Part shown: piece by piece, positions 50,901 through 64,000 of the stretch
How the letters are laid out: the number at the start of each line of letters is the position of its first letter
Numbering within the stretch: the stretch's first letter is position 1
NCBI GenBank assembly: GCA_036172245.1
Contig: JAYWIR010000010.1
Location: 1,612,001 to 1,676,000, forward strand
Length of the DNA stretch: 64,000 nt
Origin: Raillietiella orientalis
Taxonomy: Eukaryota
Direction: 5' to 3'
Translations under genes and position numbers: made by a program
Notes under the pieces: generated by a model
Database searches by the model: none
The model's input: only the letters and a program-made list of their open reading frames with translations
What the model was told of the DNA's origin: nothing

Positions 50901-53521
50901 TTCCCTTCTGTCCCAAAAAACCCTGCTGGTTGAGAACCAGCGTAAGCTGCTAGCATTGAGGAGTCTTGCATTTGCGGACTCTCATCCTTAGTGAATTTTG
51001 GAAGCGTCTCCATCGTGGACCACTTCCTTGTACTTTGTGCGAATGCACATTCTGATATGTAAGAGGGAAGCTTGAAAGAGCGTGTTTTTCGTGTCTCAGC
51101 TGTTTCCTTGGTTCAACCGGCCAGAAGAAAAGTAGAAGCAGAAGGAAAAAAGGGAGGAAAAGAAAGGGAAGCAACAAAACAAAGAAAACTCATTCCTTTT
51201 TTCCTAAGGACTTCCGGGAAACGGGTAAGGATAATTCTGGGAAGTTTTCACAGGAATCTCGTCCTTCGAAGAATCCCATCGGACGCCGGAACGCTCCTCG
51301 TTTATACCTGAAAGAGCTCCCCCAAAAATTTCCCCCTTCTTTTTTTTTTTTTGTATCGATCTCTAGGGCTGTCCGCAGATGGATTCGAGCCAAGCGCACG
51401 ATCCAAAGAGAATCCTTGTATAAGAAACAAACTTCTCAGGCAAGTACAAGGAGATTCTCCTCCAATTTGCCGCTCCCTAAGTTTAGCACTTTGTGCGGAC
51501 AAGGATGCGCTTATGTACTTCAGATGCTGATCCCAATGCGTACATCCAACCAGCGAGCTGCGGCGCGCGCCCGGCGTGGATCCCGAGTGAATCTCATTCT
51601 GCCCTCATCCGAACTCTCGCACGCATCTCGCGCCGGAAACGTGTGCTTCAGGAGCGCTGCAGAGGTGAGACCGCATGCCCATCCTGAGTAAAAGGTGGAT
51701 CGCCCCCTGCGGCACGCACACGACGTGGTACATCGGTGGGGAGGTCTTAGGCCGCCCCGTGGCTGTGTGTGCTGTGCAAGTTTCTTACCTGGTCACGCCG
51801 GGACGTTCATTTTGGTAAACCAGCTGGAAACAGTTGTTTCCAGCCAACGACTAAAGAAAACCAGCAACGGAGATACACCACTGACACGCAGGCCAGGAAA
51901 ACGGAAGGATCTGAACGAACGGGAGAGGAGGGGACTACCAACAAAAAAAGAAATGTCGAAATGGGAGTAATGGGCCAGGGGACTTTGGTGACGCTCCGCA
52001 GTCACCGGAAAAGACAAAGAGTGAAAGCACCAAAAGCACCACGGAGAGAATGGGAGGAGGGGCGTGAGAACAAAAATGGAGTAAAAAGGGAATGGAGGTG
52101 GATCACCGGGTTCGTCGTTCCAAACCGTGGATCATCCGGCGATGGATGCCGGTGAGCTCCTCCGTTGCGTTTTCGTCCAAGTGTCGCCACCCAGCTGCCG
52201 CACTGATAAAGTCGGCTGCCTTCCTGGTGACACAGCATCGCTGACCAGTGTTCTCCAGCACGTCTCGGACCGTGACGATGGCGCGGATGCAACCAAATGT
52301 CGAAATCATCGCAGCCATCGAAAGTCCTTGCGGTTGGAAGAACCGTCAAAGCACTTCTCGGACGGTGTCCCCCGGTGGCAAGAATGATGCTGCCAACTTC
52401 CGCCAGAGTTCCTGGAGGGTGTGCGGTGCAAGTCGAGAGAGTAAAGCAGGGCCGCGCGTGTCAGCTGCCGCCGCTGCGACCTCGAAGTCCCGGAGGCCGA
52501 ACTTCGGAGGCAGCAGCACACGTGCTCGTTCCCTCCTTCCCGGGTGTTTCTAGCAGATTCGACACGCGAATCTCACCCTTTTCCTCACGTTCTTCTTTAC
52601 TTCTTCTTCTCGTTTTGCCCGCCACTTGGATAGACCGTTCAGCAGGGCGCCGAGATCTGCCTTCTTGGAGACGCTGAGCCGCCTGCGGCAAGGAGTAGCT
52701 ATCACTATCGGAGGAACGGCTCCCCTCCTCGAGTCTGACCTCCTCTGGTGTGGCCTCGCATCTGATTCTCCGTCCGCCTGTCCAGCGGCCTGTTCCGATC
52801 CGTCCCCTAAAGGGTGCTCGCTCCGGGTCCTGGATGGGAGGACGAAAGTGGCGAGCCGTCCTGGACAAGCCAATGCGTTCGCTTGCCTTCATCTGGAAAA
52901 GACGACCTCGCCGGACGGTAGTGACGGAGGCAGTTTCCGAATTTGCGACTGATCAAGCGTGGTTTCTGGAGCTTGTTTGATCAGGAAGAGGTGCAATGGA
53001 GATAGAAGAGAGAGAAGAGTAAGTAGAAAGAAGGCACGTCTCTTTTAATGAGATTTCGTTGGAAAGCAAATGAAAGGAAAGCCATTGGTTTCCCGGCTCA
53101 GAAAATTTGATTACCAATTATCAAAGTTCCTCTGTATCAGGGAATTATGGACCAATAGCGGAACTCTGGGCGAAAAGTTTCATTTTGTTTTGTTTCTATT
53201 TTTCTTTTGTTTCTTTCTTTTTTTGGCACTGTGTGAACTTGTGTTTGGAAGGGAGGCGAAAGGAGGAGGAGAGAAAACTCTAAAATCTCTCTTAGCAACG
53301 TATCTCTTCAAGAACGGGATTCCGGTTCAGACCCCAAACTGACATCCGACCTTTCGGGAAGCGACTCCTCCCTGGACAGAAGCAGAGCCGACCACCCAAC
53401 CACCACACCGAAAAGTCACTCTTCAGAAGAAAACTCTGATGAGGCAGCGCAACATCTCTTTCTGCTTTGCGCCCAGTCACGCCGGAACCTTTACTTAGAA
53501 ATCAATGAAGTTCAAGTCGGT

Positions 53522-53900
53522 TACAAAAAAAAAAAAGTTCGCGGAGAATGACCACCGGCCGGCTTATAAAGCGAGGAGAGGAAGGGAGGGGACAATAAGT
53601 AAATAAAAAAAGACGGGAGGGTAGAAACAGGGGTCTTTGGTTTGGCTGATCCTTTTCTCCCTAGAGATGGCGCTGAATGCCGGCGATCCCCCTGGATACT
53701 TCTTGCAGGTGAGGCCACCTCATAGCCGTTCTCACCAAGGTGGCTGTTATTTGGGTGGATTCCCCGAACAGCAGTCGCATCTCTTTCTGCTCATTTTTCT
53801 GTGTGCGTGTATTTGGAAACATTTTCCTCGCCCCAAAATAACCGCCACAGGAGCAGTCCACATCCATTGCTGACGCCCTCTAAAGAGCAAACTCTTCCCA
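53522..53900 (-). mobile_element. L1/Tx1-like LINE 3' end
   Basis: VRTAMRWPHLQEVSRGIAGIQRHL*, then a UTR containing ttatttacttattgtccc (shared with the 37390 copy) and a T12 run on the element's sense strand. Confidence 0.5.
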
Positions 53901-54199
53901 AGTGCAGACTTCGCTGTCCTCAGTGCGAATCGCTCTTGGAGAGTCCAGCGGGAAACCTCGAAAGATGGGTGTGACGCACACGGGCTCAGGAGCTCGGAAT
54001 CCATGGGTTTCCTTCTTAGTAGACGCCCTCCAGAGTTCTGCTGCATTTTCGGAAGGAGCAACCCAAACATTCCTCCTCTCCTGGTTTTCCTTCTGGGTCT
54101 GAGACTCCGGACATCTCTTCAGAGCTATCTACAGGTGAAAGGACATTCTCCCTCTCAACCCTGACTGAAGACTCCAAGCAGCTCTGAGAGTGCGACTCC

Positions 54200-55900
54200 C
54201 TTCCATTGTGTATTTCATCATCCCCTAGGGAACCGAAAAAAGGATCTCACCCCACCGTGGATGTGCGGACCTCCTACGCGGAAGCAAATATGCCGCTGCA
54301 TCTTTCGATCAGCGCTCCTCCTTCCCTGAACCTCCTCTCCTCCCCTTGGGATCGGAGCGTCGGCTCTCCTTCCTTCTTCCTCCATACCCTTTCACGCAGC
54401 AGCCTTGCTGGCGATCTCTGAAATGGAAGAGGCAGCTCGGGATCACGCGGACCTCGACCCAGACGAGGTCAAGCAAGACGCTGCGCCTCGCATTGGTCGC
54501 GGTTGACACCTAGGCGCTTGCGGATGTATGAGCGCCTGAAGGAGCGGTTGGTTGCTTTCCCTCCACGTGTTGCCGGCAGGGTGCCTGTTGAAAGACACAA
54601 CGCAAAACAGGACGAAGTGGGGAGCTCCGAGAGTCAGCCACGCCCTCCTGGGAAAGAAATGCCATCGGCAACCGGCACGGTGGGAGTTAAACCTGAACGA
54701 CTGTAGGGTCATAACGTGAACACCTTCTCACGATTCATCACTGTCGGAGAGGGTCGTGAGAAGGGTAGTCGGGCTGAATCCTTCCCTTTGAGTGGTGTTT
54801 TCAAGTACCTTGGGATACCACCCACGTGTGGCATACGCGTTGCGGGAGAGGGGTCCGGCCGTTGCATAGTCCCAGGTCTGGGAAGGGGCTGCCTCTCTCA
54901 AAGGTGTTGCTGCTCTGCGTAGAGAGATGCCAGGTCCATCATGGTTACAGAAGGATGGAAGTTGCAGCTCTGCTTCCGAAGACTGGTTCTTGTGGTGAGG
55001 ACATGGAGCCAACAGTGCCCTCCGCTCGCTTCCTGTCTCCAGAAGCTCTTTTCTCCTCTTGCCACGAAGGCGGAAGCGCTGGGAATTTCCCGGGTTGAAC
55101 CTGGAGTAGCCGAACCCCTGCTGGGAACCAGTGAATGGATCTCCTGCCTCCTCGTGGACTTCAACGCTCGGCAGGAACCTACGGATACCTGGACGCTCAT
55201 GGGAAGGGTCAATCCCAGACACACTCCGATGGTCCCGTCGTCCAACAGAAAGGTCCCCCTTCAGAAGATGTAACGAGATCCCAGGAATTGAAGCCACAGA
55301 TCCACCACCCTTGTGACCAGCATACAGCACGTGGTTTGCCCTGAGCTTTCCCACTCTACGGAGGTTTGCACCTCGCGTAAAGACGAAGCGTCTCGCCGGA
55401 CTGCACCTGGAGCAGGAAACGATCGAACCATTCTCGCACCTGCCGCTGGACCGAGACCATATCGCCTTCCTCCTGTTGCTCCCGGAAACTGAATCAATGA
55501 ATCCCGGAGTGGAGCCCTCACATCCGGGGGCAAGCACTAGAAACCTGCTGCGGCGCCCTTCCGGAGCAGGGCAGGCACTCTTCCTTTAAAGGAATTGCTT
55601 CGCCATCGCGGTGCGTCCGCGGGATAGCGACAGCTCTCTACGAAATCGAGCTCCAACAGGTACGACTCGAGGCCACTATTCTCCCAGACATCTTCATAGA
55701 GAAGAGCACTTGGGTTGGTCTAGTTTGGGACGAAGACCATGGTGAAGATCACCTACATCGCGCCGAAGGCGTGGAGCAGCCAACCCGATGACCTCGTCCG
55801 CCCTTTCCCACACGCATATGCCTTTATTTATTTATGCATACATTGCACTCGCTTCTCATCGCTCCGGCCTCCCGGAGCGATCAACTCTTCCCTGGACGTT
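54200..55900 (+). mobile_element. L1/Tx1-like ORF2 fossil with 3' UTR
   Basis: PKKG..D.R, WELNLNDC, FKYLGI and EQETIEPFSHLPL. The DNA ttctcgcacctgccgctgg resembles ttcgcgcacctgccgttgg at ~37055. Followed by a T-rich UTR and a 10-bp hairpin. Confidence 0.55.
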
Positions 55901-56049
55901 TCCACCAATGCAGGAGCGCTCTACCTACGTACACAAGTGTTTCTTAAAACGAAAAATCATAAACGCCCTGGCATGATCTCCTCATTCCAGATTGGCATTC
56001 AAGTAAATAAATGAATAACATGTTATAGAGTTGAGAAGGATGTGGGAAG

Positions 56050-56650
56050 GGACCTTTTGACCACTTTCGCAGCCGCTCCCCCTCTCGACCGATCGAATTT
56101 CTTCTACCGGAGAGTCCTGTCCCTCAGGGTAGGAGTCGTTGGTCGAAATTTCAACCCCACTTCTCCTACATCCCCGTAGAATAAGTGACGTCTTTTCTTG
56201 CCGCGTCCCGATCTCCGGGAACAGCAAGAAAGGATCCGGCATTGCGCCGCCAAAAGACAAAAGGGAAAGAGGAAACCTCACTGGGGACAGCACTGGGGAG
56301 GGAGTGCTGGAAGGAAAGGAAGGTGGATGTATGAAGAAATAGAGGTGGAATGAATCAGCATATCTGTGATGAACATGATCCGCGAGGCATCTCAGCACAG
56401 GCAAGGGATGAGTGCTGACTCTGAGGTAAAAGGGTTCCCCGTCGTGCGTGAACAGGCAGCATAAGCGTTCGCCGGGGATTTCAAGTAGAGATGCAAGTGC
56501 TCCGGGAGGGAAGTCGTCTTTCTCGGGGTACACACATATGCCTTCTTCAGGTGCGCGGGCTTTCTCCTTGCTTTCTTCTTCTCATGAGTCCGAGTCAATC
56601 ATCCGATTATCGGGACGAACAGTCCTTAGTCGACTCGGCATCCGAGGATG
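56050..56650 (-). mobile_element. Penelope-like RT fossil
   Basis: AYAACSRTTGNPFTS (Y.Q..G..MG.P.S) and HRYADSF (RYVDD.F). Confidence 0.45.
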
Positions 56651-58699
56651 CTTCCTTGCCAATCTGCCCAAGCTCCTGTCGTAAATGGGAAACGATAGGG
56701 AAAAGCTAGATCAAATGAAGAGGAATAGCAGCGATAAGCCTTCGCATCGTGGTTCACTGAGAAGATTCAGGACCGCTGCGGAGAGGGAAAAAAAGCCCGT
56801 CCGGTCGCCCACGTCAGTCTTTCTTTAGTGGTCTTCGCAAGGATTGAGGTGTGTTTCAAAAAAGCACACTTGGGCTTAGTAATGTGGACTGGAAAACAAT
56901 CCCCTCAATCACATAATATGAAAGTACTGGGTCTATCGAGGAGTGATACTATCGGTGATTTTGGACCGCATCTCGGTTGGAAATTGAAGAACACACCCAC
57001 CCACTCAAGTCCAATTTTAGGCTCCTTGACGAACACAAGGTCATCATCGCTTACTCAAACACAACCGTTTTAAATAACGGGTAAAAAAAAAAAACTCTAT
57101 GATTCCATTCCTAATTTGAAAGATGTGATCTCTGCAAAAGAACTGAGCGACGATGACAACTTTGAACGATGGCTGAAGAAGTGCACTCACCCCTGCAGCC
57201 ACCATTTAAAAAGTAAGGTGCACTTCGATGTTTCCTTATGAACGCAAAAGATTAGTTCAATTCACTGCGGAGACTCATTGCGTGCAAAGGGAGCGCCAAG
57301 ACCTTCCTTCAAAGGAACATCCATCGCGGAGTCTTTGAGATTCTGAAGTCTGGACGGCGCCAACCTTGGCACGAGAAAAGCATACCGCACGCAAAAGGCA
57401 CGGGTGGCACAGCGCCGAGGAAGCGGTTAGGAACAAAAGCGGCAGCGCCCCAGGCCCGAAGAGTGCAAAGAAACCTCATCGTCACCGATCAGGCCATGTT
57501 GCTAGGGGCGAGTCGTTCGTTTTCAGAAGCGCCAGGAGCTGTTAATTTCAATCCTCGAGTTGCCTTTTCAACTCCTGGAGTGCGCAACAACCCAGAATGT
57601 TAACAAAGACCGACGTTTCCAGAGCTCGTGACCACATCCACATCATGACCTCCATGCTGAAGGATGTGGGAGCGCCTGAATCGGAACAGAGGCAAATACG
57701 GGCCTGAAGTTACAGATCTCTCCCTATTGCAGCTCGTCAACTACACCCCTTGAACTCCGCCTCTAACACGCACCTCGCCAGAAGGAACTAAATAAGAATT
57801 CTGTTTGATGTCTCAGGAAATCAAGCAATGAGACCTTGTACACCATCCCTCCTTCTGATACCAGTTATCACGCCAACGTAGATGCCAACGTAAAAGATTT
57901 CGTACGTCTAGAAGATGGAGCGGTCAAAGACCTTCTTGCTAGAGAAGCCTCCTCGAGCACGTTCTCTTGAACTGGAACCGCAACTGCGTACTCTTTTTGA
58001 AGAAAGAAACCGACATTTTCGTTAGAGAAAGTGCACCACATGTGTGGACGCAGAGAACACCACCTGTAGCCTCTATCGAAGGAAGCTCTTTCAATCCACT
58101 CAGTGGGGTCCGTTTCTTCGATTAGGAACACTTCTGTGAGAAATCAGTGATCCTCCGTGATCTGAAAACCATACCAGGATCACGGTGGGGCATCAGTTTG
58201 CCAGTTCCAGTGCCTCTCACTTGGGTTCGCAGTACGAATCGGATCCCTCAAGACTCCCTTGGATGTGTTCTCAAGAGAGTCCATCAGAACAGAGAGAATC
58301 GTGCGTACCATGTTCAAAAAAAAGGAAAAAAAAAAAAAAACGTGGATAGATGTGTTTCGCGGACTCGCTTACAAATTCCCACTTTGCAGGGATCTTCAGG
58401 TTGTCCAAGCTGACTGCACTAGGTTCCAGGAACGGCGGCAGATCTTCATAGCAGCTGTCGCCTTCGATTTTTTCTCCTGATCTCTCGATCATTCTCGGAT
58501 TTTCATCCAAGGTGATATCGTTGCACACTTTCAAGTTCCTGGATAACACAGGCATTACATTCACGAGTCAATCGCAGGAGCAAAGTGATTCTCACAAGGA
58601 AACCGAGCAGGCAATTAAGGAAGGGCAGTGATCCAGAAAAATCAACAACAAGCATCTTTCTCGATTTTTCAGAGAGAGGACTCCTCAGTTTCAAGGATA

Positions 58700-58960
58700 G
58701 TCAGAGCACGATGTAGAAGCACACAAGGACCCAACTGGAAAAAAAGGGGAAGGAGATCCTGTACGATGCCTTTCCAGACGTGCAGAATCGACATCTTGGT
58801 TAAAACTCATCGTGGGTTTCTCACCCTGTCTTTCGGTATTCCCTCGATTTCCTCTCGATCCTGTTTCAAAATCCGAAGTGTCCCTTCGAAAGGGAACGCA
58901 TCTTCTTTAGACAGATGTCGACGATGCGCGTGGAAGATCATATATAGGGTAGTCTGGGTT
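58700..58960 (+). mobile_element. Penelope-like thumb fossil
   Basis: TMPF..DILV..G.LT.S.., F..S.P.K..SLDR. Confidence 0.3.
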
Positions 58961-61949
58961 CTCGCGGGAGAACTGCATATGGGTTTCTTTTCCTCTCCTT
59001 AAGAATCCAAAGGCATTCTAAATTTAAATCTTCGGGGCAAACAGATGTGCACTCTTCAGTGACTAGCTGGTGGCGAAACTCTGGGGAGGAAAAGTGCCAT
59101 TCTTTCCGCATACCTTGAACCACGGGAACGTGATCACATCTCGCCCCAGCTTGGGGATTTACCCATAGTTTTTCGAAGCCGGGATAGCTGCATTTCTTAA
59201 TGCGGGAACTCCCTTAGGATCCATGCCCCCAGGAGATTACCTTTTCCATTTCCTGACTCTCTCTTACAGCTGTCTCAGCTTTCAGAAACCAAGGAAGTGC
59301 ATGTGTATTCGAAAATGTACCCAGAAATCTTCGGAGTACACTCTTTGCTCGTGGAAAGTCCACATCCCAAAAAACCCCGCCGAGGACTTGAAATCTTGAA
59401 GAGGATGCTCAAGATAACAGTACACTTCGTGTCATCCAAGAGTGCGTTGAGAGGTCGTGTTTTCCCACCAAGCAGAAGTAATTTTGTCTTCTCTGCGAAT
59501 CAGCTTCACTTGGAGGAATTTCAAAGCGATTCCCCGGACAAATTACCTTCTAAATTGAATCCACTATTAAAATGCACATGCTCGACTCTTCCCATCGAGA
59601 AAGCGTTTGGGGAAGAAAGGGGAACACCAAGTACAGTCCGCAGGAGTCGCTGGGAGAATTCGCTCCTTCGCACAATTAATAGGGATGCACACCTCCGACC
59701 CTACTAATTATTTCTTAGCCTCCCTTCTCTATTAATTACAACAACGGTGCGGTAAAAACAGAAACAAGAGGGGACACCCTCGCAGGGAGTTGTGGCCAAG
59801 GATGCGTCTGGAATGAGCGCATGAATGGAGTCGGTGATGGAGGCCACCCACTTCATCAGTCAGGTGTTTTTATCAAGTCGAGGCAAAGGACGCTTAGGTA
59901 CCACGAAACGAATCCACTGTGGATGATCTCGAAGGCTGCACTAGGCAACTGACGAATCCGTTCGGAAAAGGAGGTGGAAAACGGGAAGAGGGAGGCTGGC
60001 GTCATGCATCTTCAGTTCTCACTCAAGTGCGCGGCTTGTTTCTTCTCCGTACCATTTCAATATCGGCTTGCCGACATAGGAGCTGGAGTCTGTTTATTTC
60101 ACGAGCCGGGGGCAGGGAGGCTTCATTGAAGGGAAAAGTGGACGCAGTGATTCCCAGATTTCAAAAATCAACGAGAGCACTGAATCCATGTGGAACACAA
60201 ATGCCTCGAGGATTTTACTTCCATCTGCAGTATCATCTCGCAACCGACGTAATTCCATCTGCACTTATAAATTTGGTGTCTGAAGTTGAGCTGTCAATGC
60301 CGAATGATGTCTGTTGGATGCTGAGGGGGAAGAAGAATCTTCCAGAAGCCTTGAAAAAGGATCGTAGATAAAACAGGGCAACTTCAGCATTAGAATTTCG
60401 GTCACATAATGAGGACGATGCTTAGAGTAAAGCCTCCTCAAGTGTTACGTCACTTTACGTTTGAATTCGATTAGAAAGAGCAGCGAGAAAGAAGAATTCA
60501 TCTTCACTGCGGAACCACTTATTGGCAGTGCCAGAATGTTCTTGGAGGTAGAGGGCTTCAGAAACCAACCTTTGCCGTGAGTTACCCCACAGTTTACAAT
60601 TTATTTATAATTAAAAACGAAAAAAACTCCTCAGATGCAGTCATTTATTAGGTAAGGACGCTTTCAATTCTGGTTTTGGTTGCGGCCATTCCTATTGGAT
60701 CTCTTTGTCGCTCTTTAGAATACTTCTCATCATTTGGTGCCTTTGCCCAGCAAAGGGGATGAAAATCTTGATGCAGATGCAAGTGGTGCTGTTAATTGGT
60801 ATATATCTTTGAGTCTGTGTGCTCAACTGTTCACCTTGCTTACATAGTTGGTCCCCTTTTACTGTTTGGAAAATGTCTGTTTGCTAAGAGTTTCGCTTGC
60901 ACTGTTGTTCTGACTCATTTCTTCCGCGAACAGTCATGCGATAGCTGTGCCAAAGGCAAAGAGTCACTTGTTTTCGTTTTAGCAAACGATTTCTCATTCA
61001 TGTACGCGGTGTTTTTTTTTTTTTTCCTTTAGTTGAACTCACTAAGCCCGGCAACAGGCTTCGTTAATAATTTTGCCCATCGGCATTCGAAAGAATCAAC
61101 AGCATCGATGAATGGCCCTCTCCAAACGGAGCATCTTCGCATGGAAACCATCGTCGCATTCATCCGAGATTCCGAGTAGCCGATGCTATAGGGATCCCGT
61201 CTCGGACTTTAGGGCAGAATGTTCCAAACTTCGAGAGATTTACTGCCCGTTTGTTTTTTATTATCGTATTTTCCTACCTTTGTTTTTTTTTCTCTGTTAC
61301 GGTGGGAAGACATCCTTCGGCTCCAGGAGAGGAGTCTCGGAAAGAGATGTCCTGCATCCAGCACGGTCGTTGGGTGAACCGGAAGTATTAGATGGACCGC
61401 GGTCAGCAATCCCTCGAGAACCAGCGCCTCTTCCTGAACTCCACATGAGGAGGATGACCGTACTACGAGAGATTGTGAAAAAGTCCCACTCCTCTTCATT
61501 TCTTCCGGTTCACATGTATGCTAAAAAGCAGCCGTGGATAGAGTGACATGCAAAGTGGATAAAACGCTGCAGCACTGTTTGCTCACATGGCATTTAAGAT
61601 GGAGGCCCGGAAGGAATAAAATAAAGCTTTCCCTGCGTTCCGCTTCCTTCTTGCTCGCTGGACGAATAAAAAAATTTCAAGGAACACATTTTCAAGAAAA
61701 TGCTGCCTCAGAAAAATGATCTGAAAGATCAAATTAGATGGGAAAGCAAGGCTCCTGCATTCAACTCACCGTCTGTGGCCAAAATTCTCGCCAGGAATTA
61801 CGCCCCAATTCAGCGATCCCCAGGAAAGACTACTCGCTCCATGCCCTTACGAAAAGTATAGCAATACGACTACAGGATCTACAATTCTACAGGAATTTTT
61901 CGTTTCCATCGTGAATTTTCATTCAATGCTCTCCTTGGTCACTCCCGAC

Positions 61950-62750
61950 GGCCAGCACGAAATCGATCAGTCTCTACGCAGCACTCAAAAACCGTCGTCC
62001 CGAATGAGCGCTCAGTCTGTGCGCACTCCGCTCAGTGACAGAACTGATTGATCCAGCAGATGCTGCTGTTGCCTTCTGAAGCAAAGGGTTGCGTACGCGA
62101 GTATCGACACCTGAATATGAAATACGCGATTAGTGGGAGATTTCGGAAAAGTCTTCTGGCCCAGGGAGTGCTCTGGACAGGGAAGGGTTGTGTGTAAGGG
62201 CATCCCTAACGATCTGTGTGAGGCGGGGCTTCGACTTTTGCTCCTCCATGCTGTAGGAAGGCGATGAAAAAAGCCGAATGGGGCGCGTTTGCATGATCAA
62301 GTGGTTAATTGTGGCCGATTCTGATTCCATCACTGTGCAGCAGAGTTCGGCTCTCGGTGCGGGAAGAAAGGAGATGGCATCGGGAAAGAATGGCGACCCT
62401 CCCGGCTCCTGGAATAACTGTCTACAGCGCACGACTCAAGGAAGCACGACCTCAGTTGGCATCTTTCGATCAGGTTGCAGCTACGATTTCGGATCAGAAT
62501 TTTCAGCAGATCCCGCTCCAAATCAGAAGCCTTGACCTGTTTCTCCCCTCGCAAACAGCAGCTCTTTTCAGGGATCGCTTCCTCTGATGTCCTTCCGTCT
62601 TACTCCTGGAGTGGGGATTTTCGCTGCATTTGTGGCTGAAGACTTGTTTCGCTGCAACGCTACAGGAGACCGAAGGACTTTTCGTAGACGGGTGAGTTTT
62701 GTTTCTGAAACGTCTTTGCAGCAGGAGACCGAAGGTGATACTGGAAACCG
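61950..62750 (-). mobile_element. Penelope-like RT fossil
   Basis: KTHP..P, QIVRDALTHNPSLSRAL (Q..G..MG.PLS..L); weak. Confidence 0.3.
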
Positions 62751-64000
62751 ACACGTACCAATGGGAAAGAGGGATAAGAGTGGAATCCAGAAGACTGAAA
62801 TGATCGATTCATAAGGATCGAAGGAACCTCGTCCGAAAATTGTATCACAGCTGCACTCCCACGCCTTTCCCCTTGAAACAAAAAACGTCCGCCCTGCGGT
62901 CTTCCGGAAAGGCTTTTAAAGAATGCGAATGGCAGTCAGCAATGATCGGCTCGAAGTGAGCGGAAGACCTGAAAATGGAGCTGTTCGATCATGTGAAAAA
63001 CGTGCTGCAAGCTGACCCGGCCTGCGGTCTCCAGTTTTCTCCTTAGCATTCTTCCGAAGAATTCATTTTAATGACGGCGGCAGAATAATACCCTGGAAGA
63101 ACGTTGCTCAAACACACGCACGTACACAAGGACTCCCGCCTTATCCATTCCGTTTCCAATCATCTGGAAGGCGAACAGTGAAAAAATGAAGCAAAAATAG
63201 CCTTCATAGGTGTGGCTCTGCTCAATCCTCACTGAAAGACTCGGTAAGAACTCGGAACAGTTCGGGATGAAGGTTGCAGCGAGCGAAACCCAAAAGTGCC
63301 CTTGAAATTTCCATTAAATCAAAAATAGTACTGGAGTCTTCGTGGAACCATGAATAAGCAAGGAGGATCTGGAACACTGTGGTCTCTAAGAGCAAAAGTG
63401 CTAGAGACGAATGTTCAACCTCATGATCGCCTACTCCTCACAAAGGAGAGGAAGGAAAGGAGCACGCAATGCTTGCTCACTTAGCAACGGCGAAGAGCTT
63501 ATGAGTCTGTCATTCAGTCAGAATGTGAGACGAACAATGAGCCTATGCAAAATGTGTGTGTGTTGTATGTATGCTCGTGTGTGCACGAATGCACTTACGT
63601 ATTTTGTATACTTATACAAGCTTTACGTACAAACAAGGAATATAAATATCGCAAATTAAGATAAATGCATCCAAAAGTCCTTACTGACGGGTTTTCGCGC
63701 TTTTTCGGAATTTCTGGACGCCCTCTTTCTGAGCTCGCAGAGGTTTCGTCCCCTTCACGCAGTAGCAGAATCGGACCAGCTCTTAATTTGCACTATGTGT
63801 CCTCCTTGTACAATGGAAACATTGCGGGTCGAAAGTATGCCGTGAGCATTTCGAAATTCGGTTTTATCATTCATCCGCCGGGTTCAGGAATTTCGTCAGC
63901 GTGACTTTCCACATCTGCAACGGGTTGGGTTTTCAGCTGCACTTCTTCACTCGGTGCACCGCGACTGCCTGCTACAGTCTGCTGCTTCCCTTGATGTCAA

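Noticed and set aside
59270..59707. Strong acceptor (ctctctcttacag) followed by an open frame
   Set aside because: No recognisable protein similarity or convincing donor; does not resemble a PKDCC C-terminal domain.
1..64000. CRISPR arrays, operons or prokaryotic defence systems
   Set aside because: The sequence is eukaryotic with spliceosomal introns; no repeat-spacer array or dense ORF organisation was seen.

Overview
Eukaryotic (metazoan, probably non-vertebrate given abundant CpG) genomic DNA. One protein-coding gene is well supported: a 3-exon, + strand PKDCC/VLK-family secreted tyrosine kinase (133-474, 14280-14414, 22505-22963; 311 aa; both introns GT-AG, phase 0). It has an N-terminal hydrophobic segment and intact catalytic motifs, but no C-terminal extension like that of human PKDCC. 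The introns and the ~41 kb downstream are mostly heavily decayed retroelements. These include many Penelope-like (RT + GIY-YIG) fossils, L1/Tx1-like and Jockey/CR1-like LINE fragments, and R2/NeSL(Utopia)-like restriction-endonuclease 3' ends. All TE calls come from by-eye motif recognition across frameshifts, and their boundaries are approximate. Notable non-coding signals: a MEF2/NK2/Twist/TCF motif cluster at ~29.1-30.1 kb, a LINE family with a shared T-rich + hairpin 3' end (oligo-T in two copies), and an AT-rich fold-back insert in intron 2. No CRISPR array, tRNA or rRNA was recognised, and I found no clearly novel multi-gene system.
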